A stretch of 64,000 nucleotides of DNA from a candidate division FCPU426 bacterium (lineage in GTDB: Bacteria; Oederibacteriota; JAAXVQ01; JAUVAV01): assembly GCA_040756875.1 (NCBI GenBank), contig JBFLYH010000002.1:606526-670525 (forward strand). The letters are read 5' to 3'. The notes below the pieces were generated by a model. That model was not told the origin of the DNA. It worked only from the letters and a program-made list of their open reading frames with translations, and searched no databases. Shown here piece after piece: positions 1-7,970 of this stretch; positions within the stretch are counted from its first letter, which is position 1, and each line of letters opens with the position of its first letter. Made by a program: the position numbers and the translations under genes.

Positions 1-288
1 CAGCCCCTGGGTGATGATGAAACAGCACACGTCCCATTCCAGCAGTTTCCGGAAAATGGCGCGGACATGGTCGCGTTCCATGCCCTGCAGGAAGGAAAGT
101 TCGGTGCGGCCGAGCACCTGGATGCGTTCGTAGGCGAAATAGTCGAAATATCCGGCCAGAGCCAGCCCCGGGCGGTTGATGTCCGGGACTGTGATTTTGC
201 TCCGCAGCCCTTCCTGGCCGGTGACCAGTTCCAGGGACATCTTCTCTTTCTGTTCTAGATAAAACTCCTCAACCAGCAGGTTGATCAT
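1..288 (-). CDS. hprK: HPr kinase/phosphorylase, N-terminal part (runs off the window start)
   Basis: My translation of the minus strand from ATG at 288: MINLLVEEFYLEQKEKMSLELVTGQEGLRSKITVPDINRPGLALAGYFDYFAYERIQVLG..., which has the HprK motif INRPGLxLAG...RIQxxG. Lies downstream of ptsN. Not in the ORF track. Confidence 0.93.
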   Translation of the reverse strand, partial: MINLLVEEFYLEQKEKMSLELVTGQEGLRSKITVPDINRPGLALAGYFDYFAYERIQVLGRTELSFLQGMERDHVRAIFRKLLEWDVCCFIITQGL

Positions 289-318
289 CAGCGCTTCCCC
301 CGGAGAGCCCGCCGCCCG

Positions 319-783
319 TCAGTGCGCGGCTTTTTCTTCTTCCTGGATGATCTTCACGACTTCAGCGGTGTTTTGGGCGGAGAGCAGTTTGCGCCGGATG
401 TATTTGTCCTTGAGCAGCTGGGAAATGCGCGCCAGGGCTTTGAGGTGGGCGCCGGCCGTGCCTTCGGGCGCGACCAGCAGCACGAAGATGTAGACCAGTT
501 CGCCGTCCAGCGCGTCGAAAGGCACGCCGTTTTTCGAAAGGCCGAAAGCCGCGGTGAGCTCCTTGACCGTGTCCGACTTGCCGTGGGGAATGGCGATGCC
601 CTGGCCGATGCCGGTGCTGCCCAGTTCCTCGCGTTCAAGCAGGATCTGGACCATCTTCTTCTTGTCCGAAACCCCGCTGCTGCCGACCAGCAAGTCCACC
701 AATTCCTCGATGGCGTCCTTCTTATTCTTGGCCTTGAGGTCGACGGTGATATTTTTCTCCGAAAGAAAATCCATAATGCGCAT
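319..783 (-). CDS. ptsN: PTS IIA (Ntr/fructose-type) component
   Basis: REELGSTGIGQGIAIPHGK motif with the phospho-His; HLKALARISQLL; lies in the rpoN-hpf-ptsN-hprK cluster. Confidence 0.93.
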   Translation of the reverse strand: MRIMDFLSEKNITVDLKAKNKKDAIEELVDLLVGSSGVSDKKKMVQILLEREELGSTGIGQGIAIPHGKSDTVKELTAAFGLSKNGVPFDALDGELVYIFVLLVAPEGTAGAHLKALARISQLLKDKYIRRKLLSAQNTAEVVKIIQEEEKAAH

Positions 784-815
784 GGGTGGCGCCTCCTTGT
801 CCCGCCGGGCCGGGA

Positions 816-1352
816 CTAATCCTTGGTGATCAGCTTGAAACTGCCGTCCGGATTCTTGGTCATGACGGCCAGTTGTCCGGTTTCCGCGTCCTCGAACACC
901 AAAAAGGGATTCCGCAGGGTCGCGAGCTGCAGAGCCGCCTCTTCCTGGGTCATGGGTTTGCCCGCCACGGGCGCCACCACGATCCGGGGTTTCTTCGCGA
1001 CCGGCGCTTCAGGCGCCGGAGCCGCCATGAATTCCTCGGGCAGCACGCGCCGGCGCCGCAGGTTTTTTCCGCGCCGCAGCCGTTCATGCTTTCGTTTGAT
1101 CTGCCGTCCGACCTTTTCCGCCAAAAGATCCACGGATTGGTACAAATCCTTGGTGGTCTGCTTGGCGGTTATTTCGTAGGGGCCATCCTTGGCCGTGACC
1201 TCGACCTGCTGGCGGTAGCCTTCCACGCTGGCCACCACATGCACGACCGCGTCCGATCCCAAAAACGAAGACCATTTCTGCAGCCGCTTCTTCACGTACT
1301 GGTTGAACGGCTTGGTGATGTCCATGTGCCGTCCGGTGATGATGATCTTCAC
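816..1352 (-). CDS. hpf: Ribosome hibernation promoting factor, long form (RaiA/HPF)
   Basis: KIIITGRHMDIT...DLYQSVD...QIKRKH N-domain plus C-terminal KPMTQEEAALQL...FLVF S30AE_C domain; GTG start with GGAGG RBS. Confidence 0.92.
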   Translation of the reverse strand: MKIIITGRHMDITKPFNQYVKKRLQKWSSFLGSDAVVHVVASVEGYRQQVEVTAKDGPYEITAKQTTKDLYQSVDLLAEKVGRQIKRKHERLRRGKNLRRRRVLPEEFMAAPAPEAPVAKKPRIVVAPVAGKPMTQEEAALQLATLRNPFLVFEDAETGQLAVMTKNPDGSFKLITKD

Positions 1353-1385
1353 GCCAGCCTCCTTCTTCCCCTCGACTCCGTGTTT

Positions 1386-2837
1386 TTATTCCAGCTGCTT
1401 GCGCTGGCTCGCGGGCAGCACTTTCAGCTCCTCGCGGTATTTGGCCACAGTCCGGCGGGCGATGTGAAACCCCCGTCCGTTGAGCATTTCGGTCAGCCGC
1501 TGGTCCGACATCGGCCGCCGGGGATTCTCCTGGCCGATCAGCTCCTGCAGTGCAGCCTTCACGCTGGTGGAGGAGATGTCGCCACCGCCCTCGGTTTTGA
1601 TCTGGCTGCTGAAAAAATACTTCAGCCGGAACACACCCCGCGGGGTCTGGATGTATTTCTGGCTGGTCACCCGCGAGATCGTGGATTCATGCAGCCCCAC
1701 GCGTTCCGCGATCTGCCGCAGGTTCAGCGGCCGCAAGTGCTCCACGCCCTTCTCGAAAAAATCCTGTTGCCGCTCGACAATGGCCTCCACCACCCGGTAG
1801 AGGGTTTTGCGGCGCTCCTCGATGCTGCGGATCAGCCACTGGGCCCGGTCCAGCCGCTCGTGCAGGTATTGCCGGGTCTCAGGGCTGATGCCCGAACCGC
1901 GGCGCAGCAACTGCTTGTAGGCATTGCTGATCCGCAACTCCGGCACCTGGTCGTCATTGATGATGATCAGGTACTGGTCGTCGTGCCTTTCCAGGATCAC
2001 GTCCGGGACCACGTATTCCACGTTTCCCGAGGTGTAATGCCGTCCCGGGTAGGGATCCAGTCCCGCGATGATCTTGGCGGCCGCGACCACGTCTTCCCGG
2101 GAGGCTTTTTCCAGCCGCACGATAGCGTCCACTTGGTGGCGTTCCAGGGCCAGAAAATGCTTCGCGACGATGGTTTCGGCCAAAAAATGCCGTTCAGGCA
2201 GATGCCGGAGCTGGATCAGCAGGCTTTCCTTGACATCCCGCGCACCCACGCCCACGGGTTCGAGATTCTGGACCAATTCCAGCACATACGCCGCGGTTTC
2301 CGGATCCGCCTCGGCTTCGGCCGCGATCTCTTCCAGCGGCAGGGCCAGAAAACCGCGTTCGTCCAAATTTCCTATAATCAGTTCGCCCAGGCGGAATTCC
2401 TGTTCGCTGTTGCACACCAGGCGCAGCTGCCACAGCAAGTGTTCGGCCAGGGTCGGCTGCTTGGCGACCTGGGGTTCGCTGTAATCCGGATTGATTTCCC
2501 GGTCATACTTGGGGATTTCGTAATCGTTGTTCCAAAAATAATCGTCCCAGCGATCCTGCTGCAGGTCGCTTCCGGACTGCTGGTTCTCGGCCAGATCCAC
2601 TTCCTGGGTGCGCTCTCCGGCGGGTGCTTCCTCAATCGTTTTTTCAGTCGCCGGCTGCTCTGCATTCAGCCCGTCGCTGCCGTTGGCGCCCTCTTCCAGG
2701 AACGGATTTTCAGCCAGTTCCTGGTTGACCAGGCTGTTTAATTCCAGGGTCGGCAATTGCAATACTTTCAGGGCATGCTGCAGTCCCGGCGTCAGCATGA
2801 TCTTTTGCCCTACTTGCAATTCCAGCTTTGGCCCCAT
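1386..2837 (-). CDS. rpoN: RNA polymerase sigma-54 factor
   Basis: RpoN box ARRTVAKYRE, HESTISR helix-turn-helix, N-terminal region I (LQLPTLEL...ENPFLE). Confidence 0.98.
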   Translation of the reverse strand: MGPKLELQVGQKIMLTPGLQHALKVLQLPTLELNSLVNQELAENPFLEEGANGSDGLNAEQPATEKTIEEAPAGERTQEVDLAENQQSGSDLQQDRWDDYFWNNDYEIPKYDREINPDYSEPQVAKQPTLAEHLLWQLRLVCNSEQEFRLGELIIGNLDERGFLALPLEEIAAEAEADPETAAYVLELVQNLEPVGVGARDVKESLLIQLRHLPERHFLAETIVAKHFLALERHQVDAIVRLEKASREDVVAAAKIIAGLDPYPGRHYTSGNVEYVVPDVILERHDDQYLIIINDDQVPELRISNAYKQLLRRGSGISPETRQYLHERLDRAQWLIRSIEERRKTLYRVVEAIVERQQDFFEKGVEHLRPLNLRQIAERVGLHESTISRVTSQKYIQTPRGVFRLKYFFSSQIKTEGGGDISSTSVKAALQELIGQENPRRPMSDQRLTEMLNGRGFHIARRTVAKYREELKVLPASQRKQLE

Positions 2838-2899
2838 ACGCTTCCCTTTGACTACTCACTATACACGGATTCCTCCCTTAATGAGCAGGACAATCCGCG

Positions 2900-2928
2900 A
2901 TTATAAAGTCGAAAATAGCGTTTGTCAA
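2900..2928 (-). promoter_or_regulatory. Consensus sigma-70 promoter upstream of rpoN
   Basis: Minus strand reads TTGACA (2928-2923), 17 nt spacer, TATAAT (2905-2900): a perfect consensus about 60 nt upstream of the rpoN start. Confidence 0.8.
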
Positions 2929-2960
2929 GGATTCAGGACCGGCATTGCTTCATTTTGAGA

Positions 2961-3716
2961 CTATCGCCCGCAAGTCAACCGTTCAGCGAGAATTTTTGGC
3001 AACCCGGCATCCAGAATTTTCATTTGGGCCAAAGCTATATCGTAGGGAACTGCTCTAAATTCCAGTATCGGCGGTTTGTCCTGCACCAATAGCCATTTCG
3101 CGCGGGGATCCTGATCCCTGGGCTGTCCCACACTTCCGGGATTAACCAGATAACGCTTGTCCTTTTCCAGGGACAGGTGTAATTGCACCGTTGTTTCCTT
3201 TGCAGAAGGCACGGCCATGACTCTCAAGGCGCCGGAAACGATTTCCTCCACCACGCTGGCAGCATGGGTGTGGCCGAAAAAGCAGGCTTTTTCGTTAAAA
3301 TTCAGAAAGGCGTTTTCCGCCTCCCAGCGGCTGGAAATATAATGAAAAGCCAGGGGTTCAAATGGCGAGCTGTGCACCAGGCGAGCATCCGCCCCGGTCG
3401 CAACCAGGGGCCAGTCGCCCATTTCCTCAATGGCAGTGGGCGAAAGCTGATTCCGGGTCCAGCGGATGGCTGCGGCCGCAGCGGGGTTCATGCCTGCTTC
3501 CCGCTCCGGCCTGGCCACCCCTTCTTCGTGGTTTCCGCGCAACCGCAGCTGGCAGTGGGCATTCACCCATTCCCAGCACTTGTGGGGATCTGCGCCATAT
3601 CCCACCACATCGCCCAGGCAGTAGACCGTGTCCGCTTGCTGCCGGCAAATGTCGTCCCACACGGCGCAGAGCGCCTCCCAGTTGGCGTGGATGTCCGCCA
3701 CTACGGCCACGCGCAT
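2961..3716 (-). CDS. Calcineurin-like metallophosphoesterase (Metallophos_2 family)
   Basis: DIHAN, GDVVGYG, GNHE, GHTH and NPGSVGQPRD motifs. Start trimmed to MRVAVVAD because the longer ORF overlaps the ferredoxin. Confidence 0.9.
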   Translation of the reverse strand: MRVAVVADIHANWEALCAVWDDICRQQADTVYCLGDVVGYGADPHKCWEWVNAHCQLRLRGNHEEGVARPEREAGMNPAAAAAIRWTRNQLSPTAIEEMGDWPLVATGADARLVHSSPFEPLAFHYISSRWEAENAFLNFNEKACFFGHTHAASVVEEIVSGALRVMAVPSAKETTVQLHLSLEKDKRYLVNPGSVGQPRDQDPRAKWLLVQDKPPILEFRAVPYDIALAQMKILDAGLPKILAERLTCGR

Positions 3717-3729
3717 GGGCGCGGAAACG

Positions 3730-3921
3730 TTAGCCTTCGACGATGATGGCGTTGGCCGGGCAGGACGCCGCCGCATCCTTGGCGCGGCCGGCCAGGTCGC
3801 CCTGGGGTGACGCATTGGTCACTTTCGCCAATCCGTCGTCGCCCAATTCGAACACTTCCGGCAGGTCCGTGGTGCACAGGCTGCAGCCCGTGCAGAGCGT
3901 TTCGTCAATTTTTACCAACAT
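3730..3921 (-). CDS. Small single-cluster ferredoxin
   Basis: CTGCSLC...PEVFEL...CPANAI pattern in 63 aa; GGAGG RBS upstream. Confidence 0.9.
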   Translation of the reverse strand: MLVKIDETLCTGCSLCTTDLPEVFELGDDGLAKVTNASPQGDLAGRAKDAAASCPANAIIVEG

Positions 3922-4738
3922 GATTGCTTCCTCCTTGGGAATTTTGCGGCTGCCCGGGGCCGAGGAACATGCGGATGCCTTCCTCCACTTGGCCCAGATC
4001 TACCGCCGTATTTTTGCAAGGGCCTTCGGGCCGGAGGTTGGCGTAACCCAACACCGGCACGCGGCCCCTTAAATCCTTGATGCCCACCAGCAGATCGCGC
4101 TCGCAGGCCACGGCAATGATGCCCTGCGGACGGTACTGGGCAATGCCCCGCCGGGCTTCGGTGCCGCCGAAGGCGATCACCTGCGAAAAGCCGTAGCGCT
4201 GTTTGAGCTGTTGCAGCCCCTGCATGGTTTCGCGACCCAGGCACCGCGGCGCCAACAGCAGCAGCTTGGCCGGGTCCGCAATCAGCGGCGGCAGCACTTC
4301 CAGGCGGTTGTAGGCCCGCACAAAAGCATGCCCGACCCGGTCCCGGGAAACGCCGAGCAGCCGGCCGAAGGCGACGCACAGCCCCACGACCCAGCGCGGG
4401 CCGCCCAGCCATTGGACGACATAACGCATGGGCCGCACGCCTGCCACAGCCAGGGCCATGGCCCCGAACCAGAGCAGCAGGTATCCGCCGCCGGCCGCGC
4501 CCGCCAAACCCGCCAGCCAGCCAAAACCGAACGTATGCAAACGCGGCAAGGCAAGCCATAGCAGGAGCCATAAAACCGCCCCCAAGAGCGCGACGGCCAG
4601 GCCGGCCAAGCCCATGAACACCCAGACCGAGGTCCGGGTATCCCCGTGGTCGCGGGAACCGTCCCAATCGCTCCATTCCTCGCCCAGTTTTCGGTCCTGC
4701 GTGCTGCGGGGTTCAGGCGCTGGGGTTTCAAACGGCAC
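3905..4738 (-). CDS. DUF116 family membrane protein
   Basis: Two N-terminal TM segments, then LLLAPRCL...GGTEAR...IIAVACERDL...PEGPCKNT, typical of DUF116. Confidence 0.85.
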   Translation of the reverse strand: MPFETPAPEPRSTQDRKLGEEWSDWDGSRDHGDTRTSVWVFMGLAGLAVALLGAVLWLLLWLALPRLHTFGFGWLAGLAGAAGGGYLLLWFGAMALAVAGVRPMRYVVQWLGGPRWVVGLCVAFGRLLGVSRDRVGHAFVRAYNRLEVLPPLIADPAKLLLLAPRCLGRETMQGLQQLKQRYGFSQVIAFGGTEARRGIAQYRPQGIIAVACERDLLVGIKDLRGRVPVLGYANLRPEGPCKNTAVDLGQVEEGIRMFLGPGQPQNSQGGSNHVGKN

Positions 4739-4771
4739 GAGCGGCTCCTTCGAGCGGGCAATCAGGCCAGC

Positions 4772-4800
4772 AGTATAAACAGCGGGTTGGGATCAGTCAA
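4772..4800 (-). promoter_or_regulatory. Probable sigma-70 promoter of the DUF116-ferredoxin-phosphoesterase operon
   Basis: Minus strand TTGACT, 17 nt, TATACT. Confidence 0.6.
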
Positions 4801-4817
4801 GGTGAAAGGGAGGAGGG

Positions 4818-4962
4818 AGCGAAGGGAGTCGCAGGTTTTTCATCCCGCGAGGCCTTTTCCGGCCTCGTGGGCGGCTTCATCCGCTGCGCGGAAAATCAGC
4901 CGCCCACTTTTTAATCCGAGGTAGGCTGTTCGCGGATTGAAAAACCTGCGACTCCCTTCGCT
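4818..4962. mobile_element. 145-bp MITE-like element with perfect 25-bp terminal inverted repeats
   Basis: AGCGAAGGGAGTCGCAGGTTTTTCA (4818-4842) is the exact reverse complement of 4938-4962. Internal hairpins CGAGGCC..GGCCTCG and GTGGGCGGCT..AGCCGCCCAC. No ORF. Confidence 0.7.
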
Positions 4963-5013
4963 ATCAAGAAGAAAGAATTGAAACAATAACAAAACGTCGA
5001 AATTCTTGGTTGT

Positions 5014-5778
5014 TTACCGCACGATCGCCACTTTTTTCCTCTGGTCCAGCAGGACCCGGCCATTGGCGTCTGTGATCTTGATCCGGCACAGGTAAATCCC
5101 CGGCGCCACGCCGGCTGCTTCCCACGCGGTGGTCAGGGTTTGGCCGCTGTTGTTCTTTCCTTCCTCAATCCGCGCCACCCGCTCGCCGGTCAGGTGATAG
5201 ATATCAATCTCGATCCTGCTCGCGCCCGGCACCGTGTATGCAAACACCACCCGGTCCCTCGCAGGGTTGGGATAGGCCAGGACCCTGCCTGCTGACACCC
5301 AGGGCGTGCCCGTGGGGGTCATGGTCAAGGTGGCGCTGTGGGTCGGCTGTAGGGTCGTCGTAATGCTGGGCGTGGGCGTGACGGTGGGTGAAGCGGTCCG
5401 GGTGTGGCTCGGCGTGGCTGTGGGCGTGGGCGAATCCGTCGGTGTATCGGTCGAAGTCTGCGTTTCCGTGGCAGTCAAGGTGATGGTGGACGTCATGGTT
5501 TCAGTCGGCGTCGGAGTCTCGGTCGGGCTGATGGTCACGGTCTCGGTAATCGTGGGCGTGGGGCTGATAGTCGCGGTTTCGGTGATTGTGGGCGAGAGGG
5601 TGGAGGTCGGGGAAATGGTGGATGTTGGCGTGATGCTGGGGGTGCAGGTAATGGTCGGCGAGGAAGCAATGCCAATGCCGATCTGCCAGACAGCCGAAAT
5701 CGTCGCGGCACTGGCAACACGAATGGCGGCGGTGCTCAGCGCCAAGCCGATCATACTCAACACCCATACCTTGCGCAT
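5014..5778 (-). CDS. Secreted protein: signal peptide, short pilin-like strand, Thr/Pro stalk, T9SS type-A-like C-terminal sorting domain
   Basis: Signal peptide ending ASA; about 120 aa of TPT/T-x repeats; C-terminal AYPNP...IDIYHLTGERV...W...APGIYL...KKVAIVR. Confidence 0.85.
   Translation of the reverse strand: MRKVWVLSMIGLALSTAAIRVASAATISAVWQIGIGIASSPTITCTPSITPTSTISPTSTLSPTITETATISPTPTITETVTISPTETPTPTETMTSTITLTATETQTSTDTPTDSPTPTATPSHTRTASPTVTPTPSITTTLQPTHSATLTMTPTGTPWVSAGRVLAYPNPARDRVVFAYTVPGASRIEIDIYHLTGERVARIEEGKNNSGQTLTTAWEAAGVAPGIYLCRIKITDANGRVLLDQRKKVAIVR
5302..5661 (-). repeat. Low-complexity Thr/Pro repeat (TPTxTx) coding region
   Basis: Translation SPTITCTPSITPTSTISPTSTLSPTITETATISPTPTITETVTISPTETPTPTET...; boundaries approximate. 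Confidence 0.85.
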
Positions 5779-5804
5779 GCCTGTTGTACCTCGCGAACGC
5801 GTTA

Positions 5805-6461
5805 TCAGTGAACCTGGGCGCCAATGACGACATTAAAAAACTGTTCGTCGCTGCTGGAAACTATGGTCGGCGTCAACACCATGAAGCGCAGACTGCGTTC
5901 CGTCATCCCCGGAACCGGCTGCACATTGTAACCTTTAACGTTTTCAGGGTCGTCCGGATCAACATTGCTGTTGTCCCTGGCCAACACATCCGTGCCGGCC
6001 ACCAGGGGCATGCCGCTTAATACGTCATTGTCGCCGAAATCAGCTAGCACTAAATCCCTCGAATACCCGCCCGTAAAATCACTGGCCGTATCCAGTGGTT
6101 TGGTGAATATCGCCGCGATCACGCAGGTATCATAGCCCGCGGAACCCAGGGTCGGACCCAATATCCAGGCCGGCCCGCCTGCACTCGTAATCGTGGCCGA
6201 TACCGTGTAATCAACAACCGCATACCCATGGTTCGAAATCGTGCAGCGCGGCAATCCCTGCGGCTGATTTGAAAATACCGCACTACCCGGCGCCACCCAG
6301 CCAAAGTGCATGGAATTTGTTATCGCCACCAGATCAATCTCGCCATAGGCAACCGCAATTCCGATTGGCCAGGCAACCGATATTACGGGCGCGGCCGCCG
6401 CCATTGCGCCCATTCCCAGACTAGCCGCAAGAATCAACGAACACATTAAAGTTTTTTTCAT
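5805..6461 (-). CDS. Secreted beta-rich protein, putative fibre/pilin subunit A
   Basis: Signal peptide; HFGWVAPG...CTISNHGYAVVDYTVSA...LRFMVLTP...EQFFNVVIGA; strong GGGGG RBS; paralog of the next gene. Confidence 0.8.
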   Translation of the reverse strand: MKKTLMCSLILAASLGMGAMAAAAPVISVAWPIGIAVAYGEIDLVAITNSMHFGWVAPGSAVFSNQPQGLPRCTISNHGYAVVDYTVSATITSAGGPAWILGPTLGSAGYDTCVIAAIFTKPLDTASDFTGGYSRDLVLADFGDNDVLSGMPLVAGTDVLARDNSNVDPDDPENVKGYNVQPVPGMTERSLRFMVLTPTIVSSSDEQFFNVVIGAQVH

Positions 6462-6485
6462 CTCTGCACCCCCCCTTGAAGTCAG

Positions 6486-7133
6486 TTAACGCACCACCGC
6501 TCCGATGGTGACCGTGAATACTTGCTCTGGTTCAAACACCACCCCTGCCGGCGTCCGCACCAGAAACCTGAGGCTGCGCGTGCTGTCCAGCGGACTGACG
6601 GCAAAACCCTTGAGAATATCCGGGTCGTCCGGATCAGGCCGGGTGTTGTTCCGGGCCAGCACGGTATCCGTGGCCACTTTCGGCGCAGGGCCAACCACAT
6701 CCTCATTTCCAAAATCCGCCGTTTCCAGATCCCTGCCCCAGGGAAAGGGGATTTGCGATTCCAGGATCGGCGCAGTAAAAATGGCGGCAATCACGCATTG
6801 ATCCGGTCCGATATCCTCCAGGTGCGTGCCCAGGGTCCAGCCCGTGACCGCGGCGCTGACCGTGTAATCCACCGTGGCATAGCCGTTGTTTTGGATCGTG
6901 CAGCGGGGATTGCCTTCGATTTGGTTGGATAGGACCGCGCTTTCGGGCGCCACATAACCAAAATGCAGGTAATCCGGAACAATGGCCGAGAGATCAATGT
7001 CGCCGGCATCCAATGTGATCACGATGGGGTAATCCGGTTCGCCGCCCTCGGCAGCCCAACTCCAGGCGGCCAAGGCCAGACAGGCCAGACCGAGGCAGCA
7101 AAACCACGAGTTTCTTCTGCTTGAGTTTTTCAT
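6486..7133 (-). CDS. Secreted beta-rich protein, putative fibre/pilin subunit B (paralog of 5805-6461)
   Basis: Signal peptide ending SWA; shares HFGxVAP, PRCTIxNxGYAxVDYTVSA, CVIAAIFT, DPDDP, RSLRF and EQxFxVxIGA with its neighbour. Start could also be 7163. Confidence 0.8.
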   Translation of the reverse strand: MKNSSRRNSWFCCLGLACLALAAWSWAAEGGEPDYPIVITLDAGDIDLSAIVPDYLHFGYVAPESAVLSNQIEGNPRCTIQNNGYATVDYTVSAAVTGWTLGTHLEDIGPDQCVIAAIFTAPILESQIPFPWGRDLETADFGNEDVVGPAPKVATDTVLARNNTRPDPDDPDILKGFAVSPLDSTRSLRFLVRTPAGVVFEPEQVFTVTIGAVVR

Positions 7134-7250
7134 CCGTCTTGTCCGTTTGCTGGAGTCTGGCATCCTGAGGACTCTTGCTTTATAGATGATACGGAGGTGA
7201 GATTTATTTCGTTTTTTTAGCGGCAGGAGATTTTTTTAACAAACGGGGAT

Positions 7251-7892
7251 TTAACCGGTCAGCCCTCTGAATCCCTGGATAAAGAACCACGTTCCCGCCA
7301 ATCCTGCGGCCAGGCGGCCGATGACGCGGATGGCGGAAGAGCGGCTGAACCAGCCGATGAAAGGCAGCGGCAGGAGGATAAGGGAGGTGCCGACGAAAAA
7401 GGAGGTGAGGATCAGGAACCCGGCCCAGGGGCCGCCGCTGAGGCCGGCTTCGGCCAGGGCGGCCAGGAACGGCGGACAGATATTCAGGCCGGTCAGCAAG
7501 CCCAGCAGGAACGGGGTCTGCTTTTCCCAGTGCGCCGAATGAAGAACCCGGCACCAGGACCAGTGCGGAAAGCTGGCGAGCAGCGCATAGGCCAGCAACA
7601 ACAGGCCTGTGGCCAGGAACACTCCTCCTTGCAGCCAGCGGACCGAGGCCGCTGCCAGAAACACCTGCTGCCCCAGCCAGCCGGCGATCAGTCCCACGGC
7701 TGCGTAACCTAAAAAGCGGCCGGCGAGAAACCACAGGAAAGCGAGCAGGTTCTCCCTGCCTTCGCGCGCTTCGGCGCCGAAATACGGCGCGAGCAGGGGC
7801 AGGCACACGCCCAGGCAGGTGGGCGAAAGGGCCACGCCGAGCAGAAAGCCTTGAACCATCAAAACCGAGCCTGTCAATTCCATAAAACCCAC
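7251..7892 (-). CDS. DsbD_2 / TauE-like multi-TM membrane protein
   Basis: About 6 TM helices; CLGVCLP, GRFLGY, GLLTGLNICPP and FFVGT motifs of the DsbD_2 (cytochrome c biogenesis-like) family. Confidence 0.75.
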   Translation of the reverse strand: MGFMELTGSVLMVQGFLLGVALSPTCLGVCLPLLAPYFGAEAREGRENLLAFLWFLAGRFLGYAAVGLIAGWLGQQVFLAAASVRWLQGGVFLATGLLLLAYALLASFPHWSWCRVLHSAHWEKQTPFLLGLLTGLNICPPFLAALAEAGLSGGPWAGFLILTSFFVGTSLILLPLPFIGWFSRSSAIRVIGRLAAGLAGTWFFIQGFRGLTG

Positions 7893-7970
7893 TTCCCCGC
7901 CATCCGGCTTGGTTTAGCCGCCGGGCATCCGAAGACCGTGCTCCCCTGGGCGGCGGGCTGTCTGGCGCAG

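Noticed and set aside
5302-5661. CRISPR-like or tandem DNA repeat
   Set aside because: The repetition is at the protein level (Thr/Pro) with varied codons; there is no repeat-spacer structure and no cas genes in the window.
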